From contig CAWJMT010000005.1 of NCBI GenBank assembly GCA_963844035.1, positions 128,001 to 192,000 of the forward strand: a stretch of 64,000 nt of DNA. Direction: 5' to 3'. The position numbers and the translations under genes were made by a program. The stretch comes from an uncultured Gemmatimonadales bacterium. GTDB lineage: Bacteria > Gemmatimonadota > Gemmatimonadetes > Gemmatimonadales > GWC2-71-9. Below the pieces are notes generated by a model. That model was not told the origin of the DNA. It worked only from the letters and a program-made list of their open reading frames with translations, and did not search any database. This document shows positions 46,650 to 56,395 of the stretch, piece by piece; position 1 is the stretch's first letter; every line of letters starts with the position of its first letter.

Positions 46650-46977
46650 CGCGGTCCGGCGCGCGGATCCGGCTCCCGTCTTCGCCGCGCTCGGCGACCG
46701 GACCCGCCTGCGTCTGGTCACGCGTCTGTGCGATGAGGGCCCGCTCTCGATCGCTCGCCTGAGCGACGGCGCCGGCGTCACCCGCCAGGCGGTCACGAAG
46801 CATCTCAACGCACTCGGCCGTGCCGGCGTGGTGCGTGGCGCGCGGCGGGGACGCGAGCGCATCTGGGAGCTCGAGCCCAAGCGCCTCCAGATGGCGAGCC
46901 GCTATCTCGACGAGGTCTCGGGGCAGTGGGACGCGGCGATCGATCGGCTGCGGGCGTTTCTGGAGGGCGAGTCCTGA
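46633..46977 (+). CDS. ArsR/SmtB-family regulator
   Basis: FAALGDRTRL, TRQAVTKHL..L..AGVV, GRERIW. Confidence 0.9.
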   Translation: MSPRASAVRRADPAPVFAALGDRTRLRLVTRLCDEGPLSIARLSDGAGVTRQAVTKHLNALGRAGVVRGARRGRERIWELEPKRLQMASRYLDEVSGQWDAAIDRLRAFLEGES

Positions 46978-47002
46978 CCAAGGGACGCCGGGCGGCGCCG
47001 GC

Positions 47003-47936
47003 TCAGAACGCGATCGCTGCCGCGATCTGAAAGGAGTACCCGAGGAACGTCGACGAGCCCGCGAACTCCCCGAAGTACCGGGCGCCCACGCTCACCCTAC
47101 GAGGCGGCAGCAGCACGGTGAAGCCGGCGCCGAGCGCGTTGACCTGGTAGCGCGCGGCGGCCTGCTCCGGGGTCACCGCCGGCCCGCTCTTCGCCGTCGT
47201 TTGCCACTGGCTGTACCCCACGAGCGCGAGCTGCAGGCTCATGTCGGGTTGCAGCGGCACGGTGTGCGTCACGGAATAGTCGATGCTCAGCGTCTGACCG
47301 GGGTGAAGCTCGGTGCCCTCCTGCGTGCCGTGGAACTCGTAGATCTCGAAGGCCGAAAGGGCGGTGGTCTTGCTCTTCGACAGCCAGAAAGTCTCCCCGG
47401 CCGACAGCGTGTGCGTCCAGTAGCCGGAGCCGACATTGTCGCTCGCGCCGGCCTGGAACCGTCCCGTGGGGGCCAGGAATCCGTAGACCGCCTTGAGGTC
47501 CGCGCGGGGCAGCTGCCAGCCGAGGATGGCCACCTGGTAGTAGGAGTCGGCGAACCCGCCGCCCCCGCTCATCGCCCCTAGTTCGTCGGAGGAAAGCGAG
47601 TTGTTGGCGATGGGCAATGTTGCAGCCATGGAGAACTTCGCGTTGCCCAACGCGGTGAGCGGCTTGGCGCTCACCCACACGAAGGTATTCATGTCCATCA
47701 GGACCGAGTTCTGACCCGTGGCGAGCACCTCGCCGTCGGGGCCTACGGACTCATCACGCGCGTAGAACAGAAACGCGTTGACGTAGCTGAAGCCGGGCTG
47801 GGCCAGGACGCCCTGAGTTGATCGCGCTCATGCCGAGCGGGTACACGCCCGCGCACCTGCGCGACGCCCGGGACGGCGGGCAGCGCGGCGGCGCAGGCCA
47901 GCACCCCGGCCGTCCGGATCAGCGCGCGCGGCCATA
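47003..47936 (-). CDS. SphA/MetA-pathway-type outer-membrane beta-barrel; frameshifted at 5' end
   Basis: Signal peptide, APTGRF...NVGSGYW, GYSQWQTT, terminal Phe. Confidence 0.7.
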
Positions 47937-48783
47937 TCAAGCGGGCCCGCTCGGCGTGTGGAGAGGAACCGCGAGAGCCCCATCAGCACCAGGAGTCCTG
48001 CCAGGGCCACGACCGTGATCATCACGACCACCTGGGGATCCGTGAAGTTCTGACCGCCGACGACGAGGGCCGCCGCGATGTTGCGCTGCGCGGTCCCGAG
48101 CCCGAGGACCCACCGCGTATCGAGGTCGGGCCCACCGAGCAGGTAGCCGACGCCGACGCCCCAGGCGAGAAACAGGACCCCTGCGAGGATCGCCCCGGTG
48201 CCGAACACCGCGACCACGTTGCTCGAGATTCGTGATGGTGATCAGCGACATCACGAGGATCAGGCTGATGTTGGCGATCCGATCGAGGGTCGGCTTCACG
48301 GCCGGCGGCCGCGGTCGCGTACCGCGCCTTCACCGCGAGCCCGACGCCGAGCGGAAGCAGCATGAGCAGGACGAGCGAGCGGGCGATCCGCGCAACGTCC
48401 ACCGAGACGCCGGCGAGCAGCATGGGCAAGACGAGCGGCATGTAGCCGATCGTGAGCACCATGAGCAGCACCATCAGGCCGACCGCGACGGCCTGGTTCG
48501 CTTTGGCCACGCTCGCGAGCTTGGGGAGAAACGGCGCCCCGGCCGCGGCTCCGAGCACCAGCAGTCCGGCGGCAGGGCCCGGCTCGAGGTGCAGCAGTCT
48601 CGCGAGCCCGATCGCTCCCAGCGGCATAGCCACGAAGTTGGCGAGCAGCGCGAGTGAGACGAGCCGCGCATTGCGCAGCGGCTCCACGATCTGGCGGACG
48701 GTGAGACTGAGGCCCATGGCGAGCATGCTGGACACCACAAACGCCAGCATCGCGATCGGGACGGCCTTACTCAGCAATTGCAT
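47937..48783 (-). CDS. Bile acid:sodium symporter (BASS) family protein; frameshifted
   Basis: MLAMGL, LANFVAMP, AGAPFLPKL, GTAQRNIAAAL. Confidence 0.8.
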
Positions 48784-48802
48784 CGGTATCTCCGACTGCC
48801 CG

Positions 48803-49819
48803 TCACTTCATGAGCGCGAGGTTGCGCCAGAAGTTGGCGAGGCTGTCCGTGCCGCCGAACAGCGTCGTGAAGTTGGTCGAATCGACGAGCAGGATGTGGC
48901 CGGCGCGCGGGGCCTTGGGCGGCATCCATAGCAAGGTTGTGAACTCCTTGTTGCCGGCCGCAATGAAGGGATGGGGCCGATCGAGGTCGACGGGCTGTCG
49001 TGCGAGCACTTGCACGGCCTTGCTCTCTCCGGCGGTCAGCTCGTAGTGCGGCAGGTGGGGGTGGAAGTTGAACGTGGTGACGTTCCGGAGCAGGCCGAGC
49101 GCGTCCAGGTCCCGAAACGCCGTCAGCGGTGCGATCTCTTTCGTGCCCTTCACCACCGCGGGCCGGAGCCCGTACTTGTTGGTGACGGGGACGTCGAGCG
49201 CTCGCATGAGCGAGCGGGTGTACTGGCCGAACCGCTGCTGACGCGGCACGAGCGGGTCGCCGTGGTGCTGGTACTCCACCTGCCGCTGTTGCATGTCGGC
49301 GGTGAAGCCGACGTCGTGATGGGGCGCGAGCAACAGGCACGTGCCCTCGCGCTTGAGCCATTCCTGGATCGCCGCGACCTCGTCCGCGGTGGCCTCCTGC
49401 TCGGACAAGAGGTGGTCGAGGCCGAAGACCATGAGCGTGTCGGTGTCGGCCAGGATCCGCTCGTCGATGGGCTGCCTGTAGCCCGCCTGATCGATGCGCT
49501 GGAACACCGCGACCGGGTGGCCGGTGGCTTCGCCGGCGAGCCCCTGGAAGCTGAGGGTGGAGCGGTGGAACAGCTCCAGCGTACCGGCAATGCCCTGGAG
49601 GAACTGCGCCGCGCTGTACTCCGGCGTCTCGTAGGCGGGCCAGAGCGCGTTGCGCACCTCGGTGATGGTGGAGAAGCGGTTTTCCATGGCCGCGGGATCG
49701 CGCTGCGCCTCCCACGGGTAGCTCCACGTCCAGTAGATGCTGATGCGCCGCTTGCCCTTCGCGTACTTCCGAGGGACGTGGCTCTGATTGTAGGTGCGTG
49801 CCTGCGGTAGCGTGCTCAT
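48803..49819 (-). CDS. Hypothetical protein of the DyP cluster (in frame with DyP in this assembly)
   Basis: Ordered globular sequence with strong GC3 bias; motifs YWTWSYPWE, LLLAPHHDVG, FNFHPHLPHY. Confidence 0.7.
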   Translation of the reverse strand: MSTLPQARTYNQSHVPRKYAKGKRRISIYWTWSYPWEAQRDPAAMENRFSTITEVRNALWPAYETPEYSAAQFLQGIAGTLELFHRSTLSFQGLAGEATGHPVAVFQRIDQAGYRQPIDERILADTDTLMVFGLDHLLSEQEATADEVAAIQEWLKREGTCLLLAPHHDVGFTADMQQRQVEYQHHGDPLVPRQQRFGQYTRSLMRALDVPVTNKYGLRPAVVKGTKEIAPLTAFRDLDALGLLRNVTTFNFHPHLPHYELTAGESKAVQVLARQPVDLDRPHPFIAAGNKEFTTLLWMPPKAPRAGHILLVDSTNFTTLFGGTDSLANFWRNLALMK

Positions 49820-51147
49820 GCTGCAGTCCTTCCCCAGGGCGGCGAGGTACCGGAGGGCCTTCAGTCCCGGCAGAAAGAAATACGCGCCGCCGCGCACGGT
49901 GGTGAACGCCGGCAGACCCTTGATCGTCTTGCGGATCGGACGTTTCGGGATCTTGTACTCGAGCGTGCCGTCCTGCAGCCCGATGATCGGGTCGCGCTCG
50001 TTGCCGAGCTCGTGGAAGTTGCGGTCGTTGATCCACACGTTCTGCGCGAACTCGAATTGGCGGATCAGGCTCGCACAGATCACGAACGCGGCGATGCCGC
50101 GCTCCACGCCGTCGTCGGGCGCATTCTCGGGCAGCGCGGGGCCGTAGGTGGCGCCGCGGCGAATCATGCGGCGGCGGTTCATGTTGGCGGCCGTGTCGCG
50201 CGGGTTCATGCGGCGGATATGGGAGCCGAGCGGCACGGCGTAGCCGTGCGGGTCCATCTCTTTGTAGTTGAAATCGTTGTTCCGGTTCGGGTCGGCGCCG
50301 AGCGCGGGATCGTCGTGGTCCGGCGCGAGCACGAGCGGCGCGCCGCTGCGCCAGCGTCCCATGAGCTTCGCGGCCACGAGCTCCTGCTCCTCGGGCGTGT
50401 TCCCGTGTTGACGCAGGAACTCGCGGAAGGCGCCGACGTGCTCCTCCATGCGGCGATACGCCATGAAGCTGCCGTTGCGGGACAGGATCTCGGGCTGCGG
50501 CAGCAGGGCCGGGGGTCCGTCTTCGTCGGGGTAGCCGAGGATGAACTCCCCCGGCTTGAGCGGCGCGCCGGAGCCGGGCGTCGGCTCCTCGCCGCTGCCT
50601 TCAATGACCGGCTGCGAGAGCCGATCGCGATAGCCGAAGTGGTCGTGGGCGTAGTCGAACGGCGGCGTCCCTTCGAGGTCCAGCGCGGAGAGCACCTTCA
50701 CTCCCTGGCACCGCGGCGACGAGCTTCTCGTGCTCGCTCTGACACCGCCCGCGCTCGGCGGCGTCGCGCGCGAAGAGGATGACAATGGCATGCAGGTCGG
50801 GGCTCGCGAGGCCTCCCACCCACGTGGGCGGGGTCGTTCGCGCCCGTGTCGCCGAGCACCTCCGCGCGCGCCGCCATCCCCTGCTTGAACTCCTCCGGAA
50901 ACGTCGCGAGCGATGTCTCATCGACGCCGAGCGCGCGCAGCCCGTTCGCCGTGAAAGCGACGGTGACCCAGCGAGCGTCCTTCTCCACCGAGGCCCGGAC
51001 CTGGGCAGCCGACTGCACCTTCTCGAGAATGCCGCTCAGCCACTGCCGTCCGGCGGCGGCGTTTTGAAAGGAGAGAAACTCGTACCGTCCCGTGAGCGCG
51101 GGCACGCGGGTGAGGAGGATGTGCTGGATGTCGTCGAACTCGAGCAT
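49820..51147 (-). CDS. Dyp-type heme peroxidase; frameshifted
   Basis: DDIQ, HFGYRDRLSQP, PGEFILGYP, NGSFMAYR, AAKLMGRWRSGAP, GSHIRRMNPRD, IRRGATYG, QFEFAQ, GGAYFFLP. Confidence 0.88.
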
Positions 51148-51163
51148 GCGAGACGCGCGCCGG

Positions 51164-51730
51164 CTACTGCATCTGGTCGAGCATGTCCGAGAACGCGGCC
51201 TTGAGCTTGAGCGCCTTCTTGATTTCGTCGGCGCTCACGTACGGGTACTCGCCGTACTCGAGGAAGCTGGGACGCTGATGCTCGCGCACGAACTTGATGA
51301 ACGCCGGCGTGTTCGTCTTCCAGTCTTCCGGAAAGCCGTCGAGGTTCTCGAACACCGTGTTGAGCCCGTACTTCGAGAACAGGGCCACGGCGTCCTCGGT
51401 GTACTTGTCGAAGTCCGTGTCGAAGATGCCCTGATACATGAAGTAGGTGTCCTTGCCGATGTCGAAGAGCACCCAGCGCAGGTAGTGCAGCTTGAGCACG
51501 GCGAGGCCGTCCGGCAGGCCGGCGATCGTCTTCTCGATCACGTTGCCGTACTCGCGGATGGCGGCTTCCCGACCGGGCTTGATCTTGGCGATGATGGTGA
51601 ACCCGTAGCAGGCCGGCGTCTTGGGGTAGATCGGCCCGTACCGACCCTGCTCGAGCTTGAAGTATCCCTCCTTCGGGATCGCCATGGCGGCGGGCTGGGT
51701 CCAGTCCTTTTTCTTCGGAGCCTCTGACAT
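51164..51730 (-). CDS. Hypothetical DyP-associated protein (possible alpha/beta barrel)
   Basis: Intact 188-aa ORF with strong codon bias; LHYLRWVLFD...FDTDFDKY.ED. Confidence 0.75.
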   Translation of the reverse strand: MSEAPKKKDWTQPAAMAIPKEGYFKLEQGRYGPIYPKTPACYGFTIIAKIKPGREAAIREYGNVIEKTIAGLPDGLAVLKLHYLRWVLFDIGKDTYFMYQGIFDTDFDKYTEDAVALFSKYGLNTVFENLDGFPEDWKTNTPAFIKFVREHQRPSFLEYGEYPYVSADEIKKALKLKAAFSDMLDQMQ

Positions 51731-51840
51731 GGTGGTGCGCCTCTGGTGGTTGGGGGCCAGGGCGCAAGCTCATCTGGGCACGGGGGGCGGTGGTATTGGA
51801 CGAAAGGGCGATACAGACGAGGCGGGATTGCAGGAGGGAA

Positions 51841-52554
51841 CTACCGGCCGAAGTGATACCGGAGGCCCACGCGAGCACCCCCGTCGAATTCCTCCTTGGA
51901 GTTCCGCCATGAGGCGCCGAGCGACAGGTCCATGCGCGCAGCAATGGGAGCCTCAAGTTCGCCGAACACGCCACCCCCGAACCCCGACTCGTCGGAATAG
52001 GGGCTGGCGCTGAGCCCGGCGAACCAGCGCGTCCCGTGGTGCATGCCCTGATTGAATCCGACGCCGATCCGGAGCACGTCGCCGGTCGTGCCCATCGCTG
52101 TGGTCGGGTAGAACGTATCGGCCCGGAAGTGGAAACGGTCGCGACTGCCGAGCCGGAGATAGAGTGACGGAACGGCGCCCGTGATGCCCCCGCCGTTGAT
52201 GTCCTCAAACTGCACCGATGCGATCCCTACGCCCACCCCGACGATCCTTGCCTCGAGGGCTGCCTGCGCGCCGCCCCATCCCGTGTGACCACCGCGTTGC
52301 GTCAGGAAGCCGCCAAACGCCGAGAAGCGGGCGGTGCCGGAGGGCCGGAAATCGAGCTGGGCGCCACCGGCGTTGAACGGCACTGGATTTGTGCTGAGCA
52401 CGTCCCCCTCGCAGCTCAGCGAACGGTTCTCGAACTGGCCACCGCCCCAACCCAAACCGAGCTGGAACTTGCCTGTCGAATCGGGGCCGACCGAGACGGG
52501 TGCCACCTGCCAGGCGAGCAGGAGCAACGGGCCCTTGAAGGTTGCAAGGCGCAT
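51841..52554 (-). CDS. Hypothetical outer-membrane beta-barrel protein
   Basis: Signal-like start, Gly-rich amphipathic strands, ends VGLRYHFGR. Confidence 0.6.
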   Translation of the reverse strand: MRLATFKGPLLLLAWQVAPVSVGPDSTGKFQLGLGWGGGQFENRSLSCEGDVLSTNPVPFNAGGAQLDFRPSGTARFSAFGGFLTQRGGHTGWGGAQAALEARIVGVGVGIASVQFEDINGGGITGAVPSLYLRLGSRDRFHFRADTFYPTTAMGTTGDVLRIGVGFNQGMHHGTRWFAGLSASPYSDESGFGGGVFGELEAPIAARMDLSLGASWRNSKEEFDGGARVGLRYHFGR

Positions 52555-52623
52555 GGGGTCCTATGATGTGCCTGAAAGCACTGTGGACACAAGAACCCGC
52601 CCTGGGACCAAGCCCAAGGCGGG

Positions 52624-53018
52624 CTACATACAGGCGGGATCTTCCTCGTGCTCCTCGCAGTAGCTGGGATCCGGGCCGCCGTCCGGCCCACCGCCGGTGA
52701 GCGCGTAGGCCATGCCACCGAACCCGACCGCGATCGCGCTCACCAGCAGGACCGTTCGCGAGGTCGCCGGCCGCTCCACCTGTATCTGCTTGACGAGGTG
52801 GCCGGGAGCTCCTCGTACGCCCCGTTGATGTAGCCCACGACGGTGTCACCGACGACCTGCGGGTCGGAGATGATGACCACCGATTGATCGCTCTGCGTTA
52901 GCCAGGCGCGTTCGGGCCTAATGGCATTCAATTCGTCCAGGGTCACCGGCTTTACGGTATGGCACGCCACGCCCGCCAGCGCGGTGAGGAGCAGGGCACA
53001 AGTCCACGTCGGACGCAT
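52624..53018 (-). CDS. Hypothetical lipoprotein, paralog of 9935..10342; frameshift near 52790
   Basis: GVAC lipobox, WLTQSDQSVV, DTVVGYI, TM segment, tail YCEEHEEDPACM; RBS ggaggt. Confidence 0.7.
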
Positions 53019-53130
53019 CGCTACACCTCCGGAATCGAAGACTGGATCACTCTCGCTCGTAGGTTGGCAGGAGCACGCTGGGATTTCAAGGGAGGGTCGA
53101 TCGAGCGAATCGGCTGGTTCGGGGTAGAGG

Positions 53131-53533
53131 ATGAACGTGCGTATGCGCACCCTTCCTCTTGCTTCGTTGATGTTCGTCTCGCTGCTCGGCTGCGCCGACC
53201 AGCCGATCGTCGCTTGCACAGAGTTGTTCGCGATGGTGCCGCTCACCGTACTGACCCAGGCTGGCGCCCCGGTGCCGGGACTGGCCATTTCGGCCACAAC
53301 CCTGCGCACGGGGCAGAGCTTCGGCGTCCCTCAGCAGATCGGGATCGGCGAGCCAGGGGAGTACGTCGTGTTTGACGACGGGCTACACGCTCGGATCCGC
53401 GCGAGCGGCGACTGCCGTGCGCGTCACGGGTTCGGATGCCGCACCGCGGTTCACCGCGGATTTCGTGTTCGATATTCCCGACGGGTGTCACGTGCGGAAG
53501 GTGGCCGGGCCGGACACGGTCCGGGTGCCTTGA
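53131..53533 (+). CDS. Hypothetical lipoprotein; frameshift near 53415
   Basis: LLGC lipobox, CTELFA; alternate frame ends CHVRKVAGPDTVRVP. Confidence 0.55.
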
Positions 53534-53617
53534 GCGAGCGCCATCGAATGGCGATCTAATGTCACGACACTGATCCACACGCGCAGGGTCCAGATTCTCC
53601 CGAGAGCGCAATTCGAA

Positions 53618-53724
53618 GCAAATCTGTGCATAAATTGCATGATATTAGTTACGTTCTGCAGATAGTCATAGCTATCGTAGTGTAGGACGTTGACAAATTC
53701 GTGCACGATTTGCATATTATTTGC
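53618..53724 (+). ncRNA. Candidate structured RNA / long dyad upstream of P-II
   Basis: AT-rich long imperfect inverted repeat; hand folding gives five G-U pairs and no A-C mismatch on the + strand. Confidence 0.4.
53690..53718 (+). promoter_or_regulatory. Sigma70-like promoter for P-II gene
   Basis: TTGACA-N17-CATATT. Confidence 0.55.
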
Positions 53725-53822
53725 GAGTCGACGCTGTTCGGTGGCAGGTCGGGGTCGATCGCATCGGTGTGATTGCTACCAGCACCGTGCTGGCTGGGGC
53801 GAAGGGTCAAATCGGAGGGGCC

Positions 53823-54218
53823 ATGAAACTGATCACCGCCGTAGTTCGCCCTGAAAGCCTGCCGCAGGTGAAGGCGGCCTTGTTTCGCGCGGGAGTTACG
53901 GGGATCACGATCAGCCGCGTGAGTGGGCACGGCGGTGAGCGCGAGCTGCTCGAAACCTATCGCGGGACGACCGTGGTGCTGGAATTCAAAGAGAAGGTGC
54001 GCCTCGAGATGGCGTGCTCCGAGCCATTCGTGGAGCCTACCATCAAGGCCATCCTCTCTTCGGCGCGAACCGGTGAAGTAGGGGATGGAAAGATCTTCGT
54101 GCAGCCGCTCGAGCGGGTCATCCGGATTAGAACAGGAGAACAAGACAACGCGGCCCTCACCGCGGTGAATGCAACGGCTGTCCAACAACGCGCAATAGTA
54201 GACGAAATGACGAGATAG
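53823..54218 (+). CDS. P-II family nitrogen regulator (GlnB/GlnK)
   Basis: MKLITAVVRP, YRG, K58, RTGEVGDGKIFV, RIRTGE; RBS ggagggg. Confidence 0.95.
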   Translation: MKLITAVVRPESLPQVKAALFRAGVTGITISRVSGHGGERELLETYRGTTVVLEFKEKVRLEMACSEPFVEPTIKAILSSARTGEVGDGKIFVQPLERVIRIRTGEQDNAALTAVNATAVQQRAIVDEMTR

Positions 54219-54319
54219 TCGGCCGGCGGGGATGGGGGGAGGGTGTGTATTGGACGTGCGCAATCTTCCCCCTCCCTGCGCGGCGCGAGGTGCTCCTCCC
54301 GGGCCGTTAGATTGGCCCC

Positions 54320-55293
54320 ATGCGTTTCCTCCAAGTCTCCATTCAATCCGAGCAGTACATCGGCGTAGTTGCCGAAACTCCGACCCCGGTTGCGGGACCC
54401 GGCGAGGTCCTGATCCGCGTCGCGGCCTCCGGTCTGAACCGCGCTGACCTGTCGCAGATCGCCGGCCGCTATCCGCCGCCCCCCGGCGAGTCCACCATCC
54501 TCGGCCTCGAAGTCTCGGGAGCGATCGCAACAACCGGTGAGCCGGTCTGCGCGCTCCTCGCGGGGGGCGGGCACGCCGAGTACGTGGCGGTGCCCGTCGG
54601 GCAGATCTTTCCGGCTCCCGCTGGGATGGAGGTGGCGACGGCCGCCGGCATTCCGGAAGCGTTTCTCACTGCCTTCGTGAACCTGGTGCTCGAGGGCAAC
54701 CTGCGCCCGGGCGGCACCGCGCTCGTGCATGCGGGGGCGTCCGGGGTCGGGCTGGCGGCGATCCAGCTGGCCAAGTTTCTCGGTGCACGGGTTGCCGCGA
54801 CCACGCGCAGCCGAGAAAAACTCCCCGCGCTCGAACGAGCCGGGGCGGACCTCGCGATCCACGCCCCCAACGACGACCTCGTGACCACCATCGAGTCGCA
54901 CTGGGGGGCGGGCGCGGTGAACGTGATCCTCGACCCGGTCGGAGCGGCAACGCTCGGTGCCGACCTGGCACTGCTCGCCACCGGAGGATCGGTGGTATTC
55001 CTCGCCACAATGTCCGGGGCCCGGGCGGAGCTCGACATCTCAGCGACTGATGAAACGGCGGGCACGCATCGTGGGTTCGACACTGCGGTCGCGCAGCCGG
55101 CCCGAGAAGGCGGCGATCGTGGCCCGGTTCCGCGATGAAATCCTGCCCGGGTTCGCGTCGGGACGGCTGAGCGTCACGGTCGACTCGGTGCTTCCCTCCC
55201 AACCGGGCGGCGGAGGCCTTTCAGCGGATGCGCGAGAACAAGAACACCGGCAAGATCCTGATCGACTGGGGAGGGCAGCAAAAAGCTCAGTGA
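54320..55293 (+). CDS. NAD(P)H-quinone oxidoreductase, PIG3 family; frameshifted
   Basis: GLNRAD..Q..G.YPPPPG, GLEVSG, HAGASGVG, GSTLRSR, NTGKI. Confidence 0.88.
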
Positions 55294-55751
55294 GGCAGGC
55301 GAGGCCTCATCCAGCCGTAGGCGTAGGTCCCGGCCAGTGCCGCGAGCACCGGGACCAGGATGACCGTCAAGCCACTGCCGACCAGGGCGAACAGCGGACC
55401 CGGACAGGCGCCGGTAAACGCCCAGCCGATCCCGAACAGCGACCCGCCTGCCCAGTAGCGAACCCCGCGTCCCATCGCCTTCGGAGCGATCGCGATGTCT
55501 TCCCCGCGCAGCGTGGTTACGCGGTAACGCTTGATCAGGGCGATCGAGACGCCCGCTACGATGACCGCAGACGCGAGGATCCCATACATATGGAAGGACT
55601 GAAACCGGAACATCTCCTGGATACGGAACCAGGACACGGCTTCGGACTTCGTCAGCACGACGCCGAACAGGACGCCCAAAACAAAGTACAGGGTGAGATC
55701 GCGCGGGCCGTACCGGACGGGACGAGTGGGAGCGGCGAGGGTCGTCGTCAT
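55287..55751 (-). CDS. YeeE/YedE-family sulfur-compound transporter subunit
   Basis: FGIGWAFTGACPGP. Confidence 0.85.
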   Translation of the reverse strand: MTTTLAAPTRPVRYGPRDLTLYFVLGVLFGVVLTKSEAVSWFRIQEMFRFQSFHMYGILASAVIVAGVSIALIKRYRVTTLRGEDIAIAPKAMGRGVRYWAGGSLFGIGWAFTGACPGPLFALVGSGLTVILVPVLAALAGTYAYGWMRPRLPH

Positions 55752-55761
55752 CGATCCGTCA

Positions 55762-56319
55762 TCACAAAATGCGCGGCAATAGGACGAAGGTCGCGAGCAG
55801 GCCGCCGGCAAAGAAGCCCAGCACGGCGACCAGGGACGGCCGCTCGAGGTTCGCGAGCCCGGCGATGCCGTGCCCCGATGTGCACCCTCCGGCATACGCT
55901 GTGCCGAAGCCGACGCAGAATCCACCGGCCACGAGCAACACAAGACCTCGCGCGCTCAGGACGCTTGACCAGGTGAACAGCTCGCGCGGGGCGAGGCCGG
56001 CGAAGTCGTGAATACCCAATGCCGCGAGATCGGCTTGTGTGGCGGCCGAGATGGCGACGGCGGGGGAGGCGAGCAGGTTGCCGCCGATGAACCCACCGAG
56101 CACCACGCCCGCGAGGAAGATGAGGTTCCACAGGCCGGCTTCTTTCCACTCATAGCGAAAGAATGAAACCCGTCGGGGGGCCAGCGCGGCGCAGAGGTGC
56201 CGCAGATTGCTCGAGATGCCGAGCGACTTGTTGTCCAGCACGAGGAGCGCGGGAACGAAAAGCCCGATGAGCGGACCGGCGACGTACCACGGCCACGGGT
56301 GGTGAAGTAGTGTTGTCAC
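55762..56319 (-). CDS. YeeE/YedE-family sulfur-compound transporter subunit
   Basis: WPWYVAGPLIG, GISS, AGGCTSGHGI. Confidence 0.88.
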   Translation of the reverse strand: MTTLLHHPWPWYVAGPLIGLFVPALLVLDNKSLGISSNLRHLCAALAPRRVSFFRYEWKEAGLWNLIFLAGVVLGGFIGGNLLASPAVAISAATQADLAALGIHDFAGLAPRELFTWSSVLSARGLVLLVAGGFCVGFGTAYAGGCTSGHGIAGLANLERPSLVAVLGFFAGGLLATFVLLPRIL

Positions 56320-56395
56320 CCGATGAACTTACCGCCCTTGCTTCGCAGCTTCCATCTTCGCAAACTCCCTGTCCCGTTCCCTCGGAGCTGACACC

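Noticed and set aside
53618..53724. Hairpin as retron msr-msd, origin of replication or known riboswitch
   Set aside because: No reverse transcriptase, DnaA-box cluster or recognisable riboswitch consensus in the window.
51793..54256. GTATTGGACG shared by two intergenic regions (51793-51802, 54247-54256)
   Set aside because: Only two copies, in opposite orientation relative to their downstream genes; the second lies in a hairpin after P-II. Insufficient for a regulon claim.
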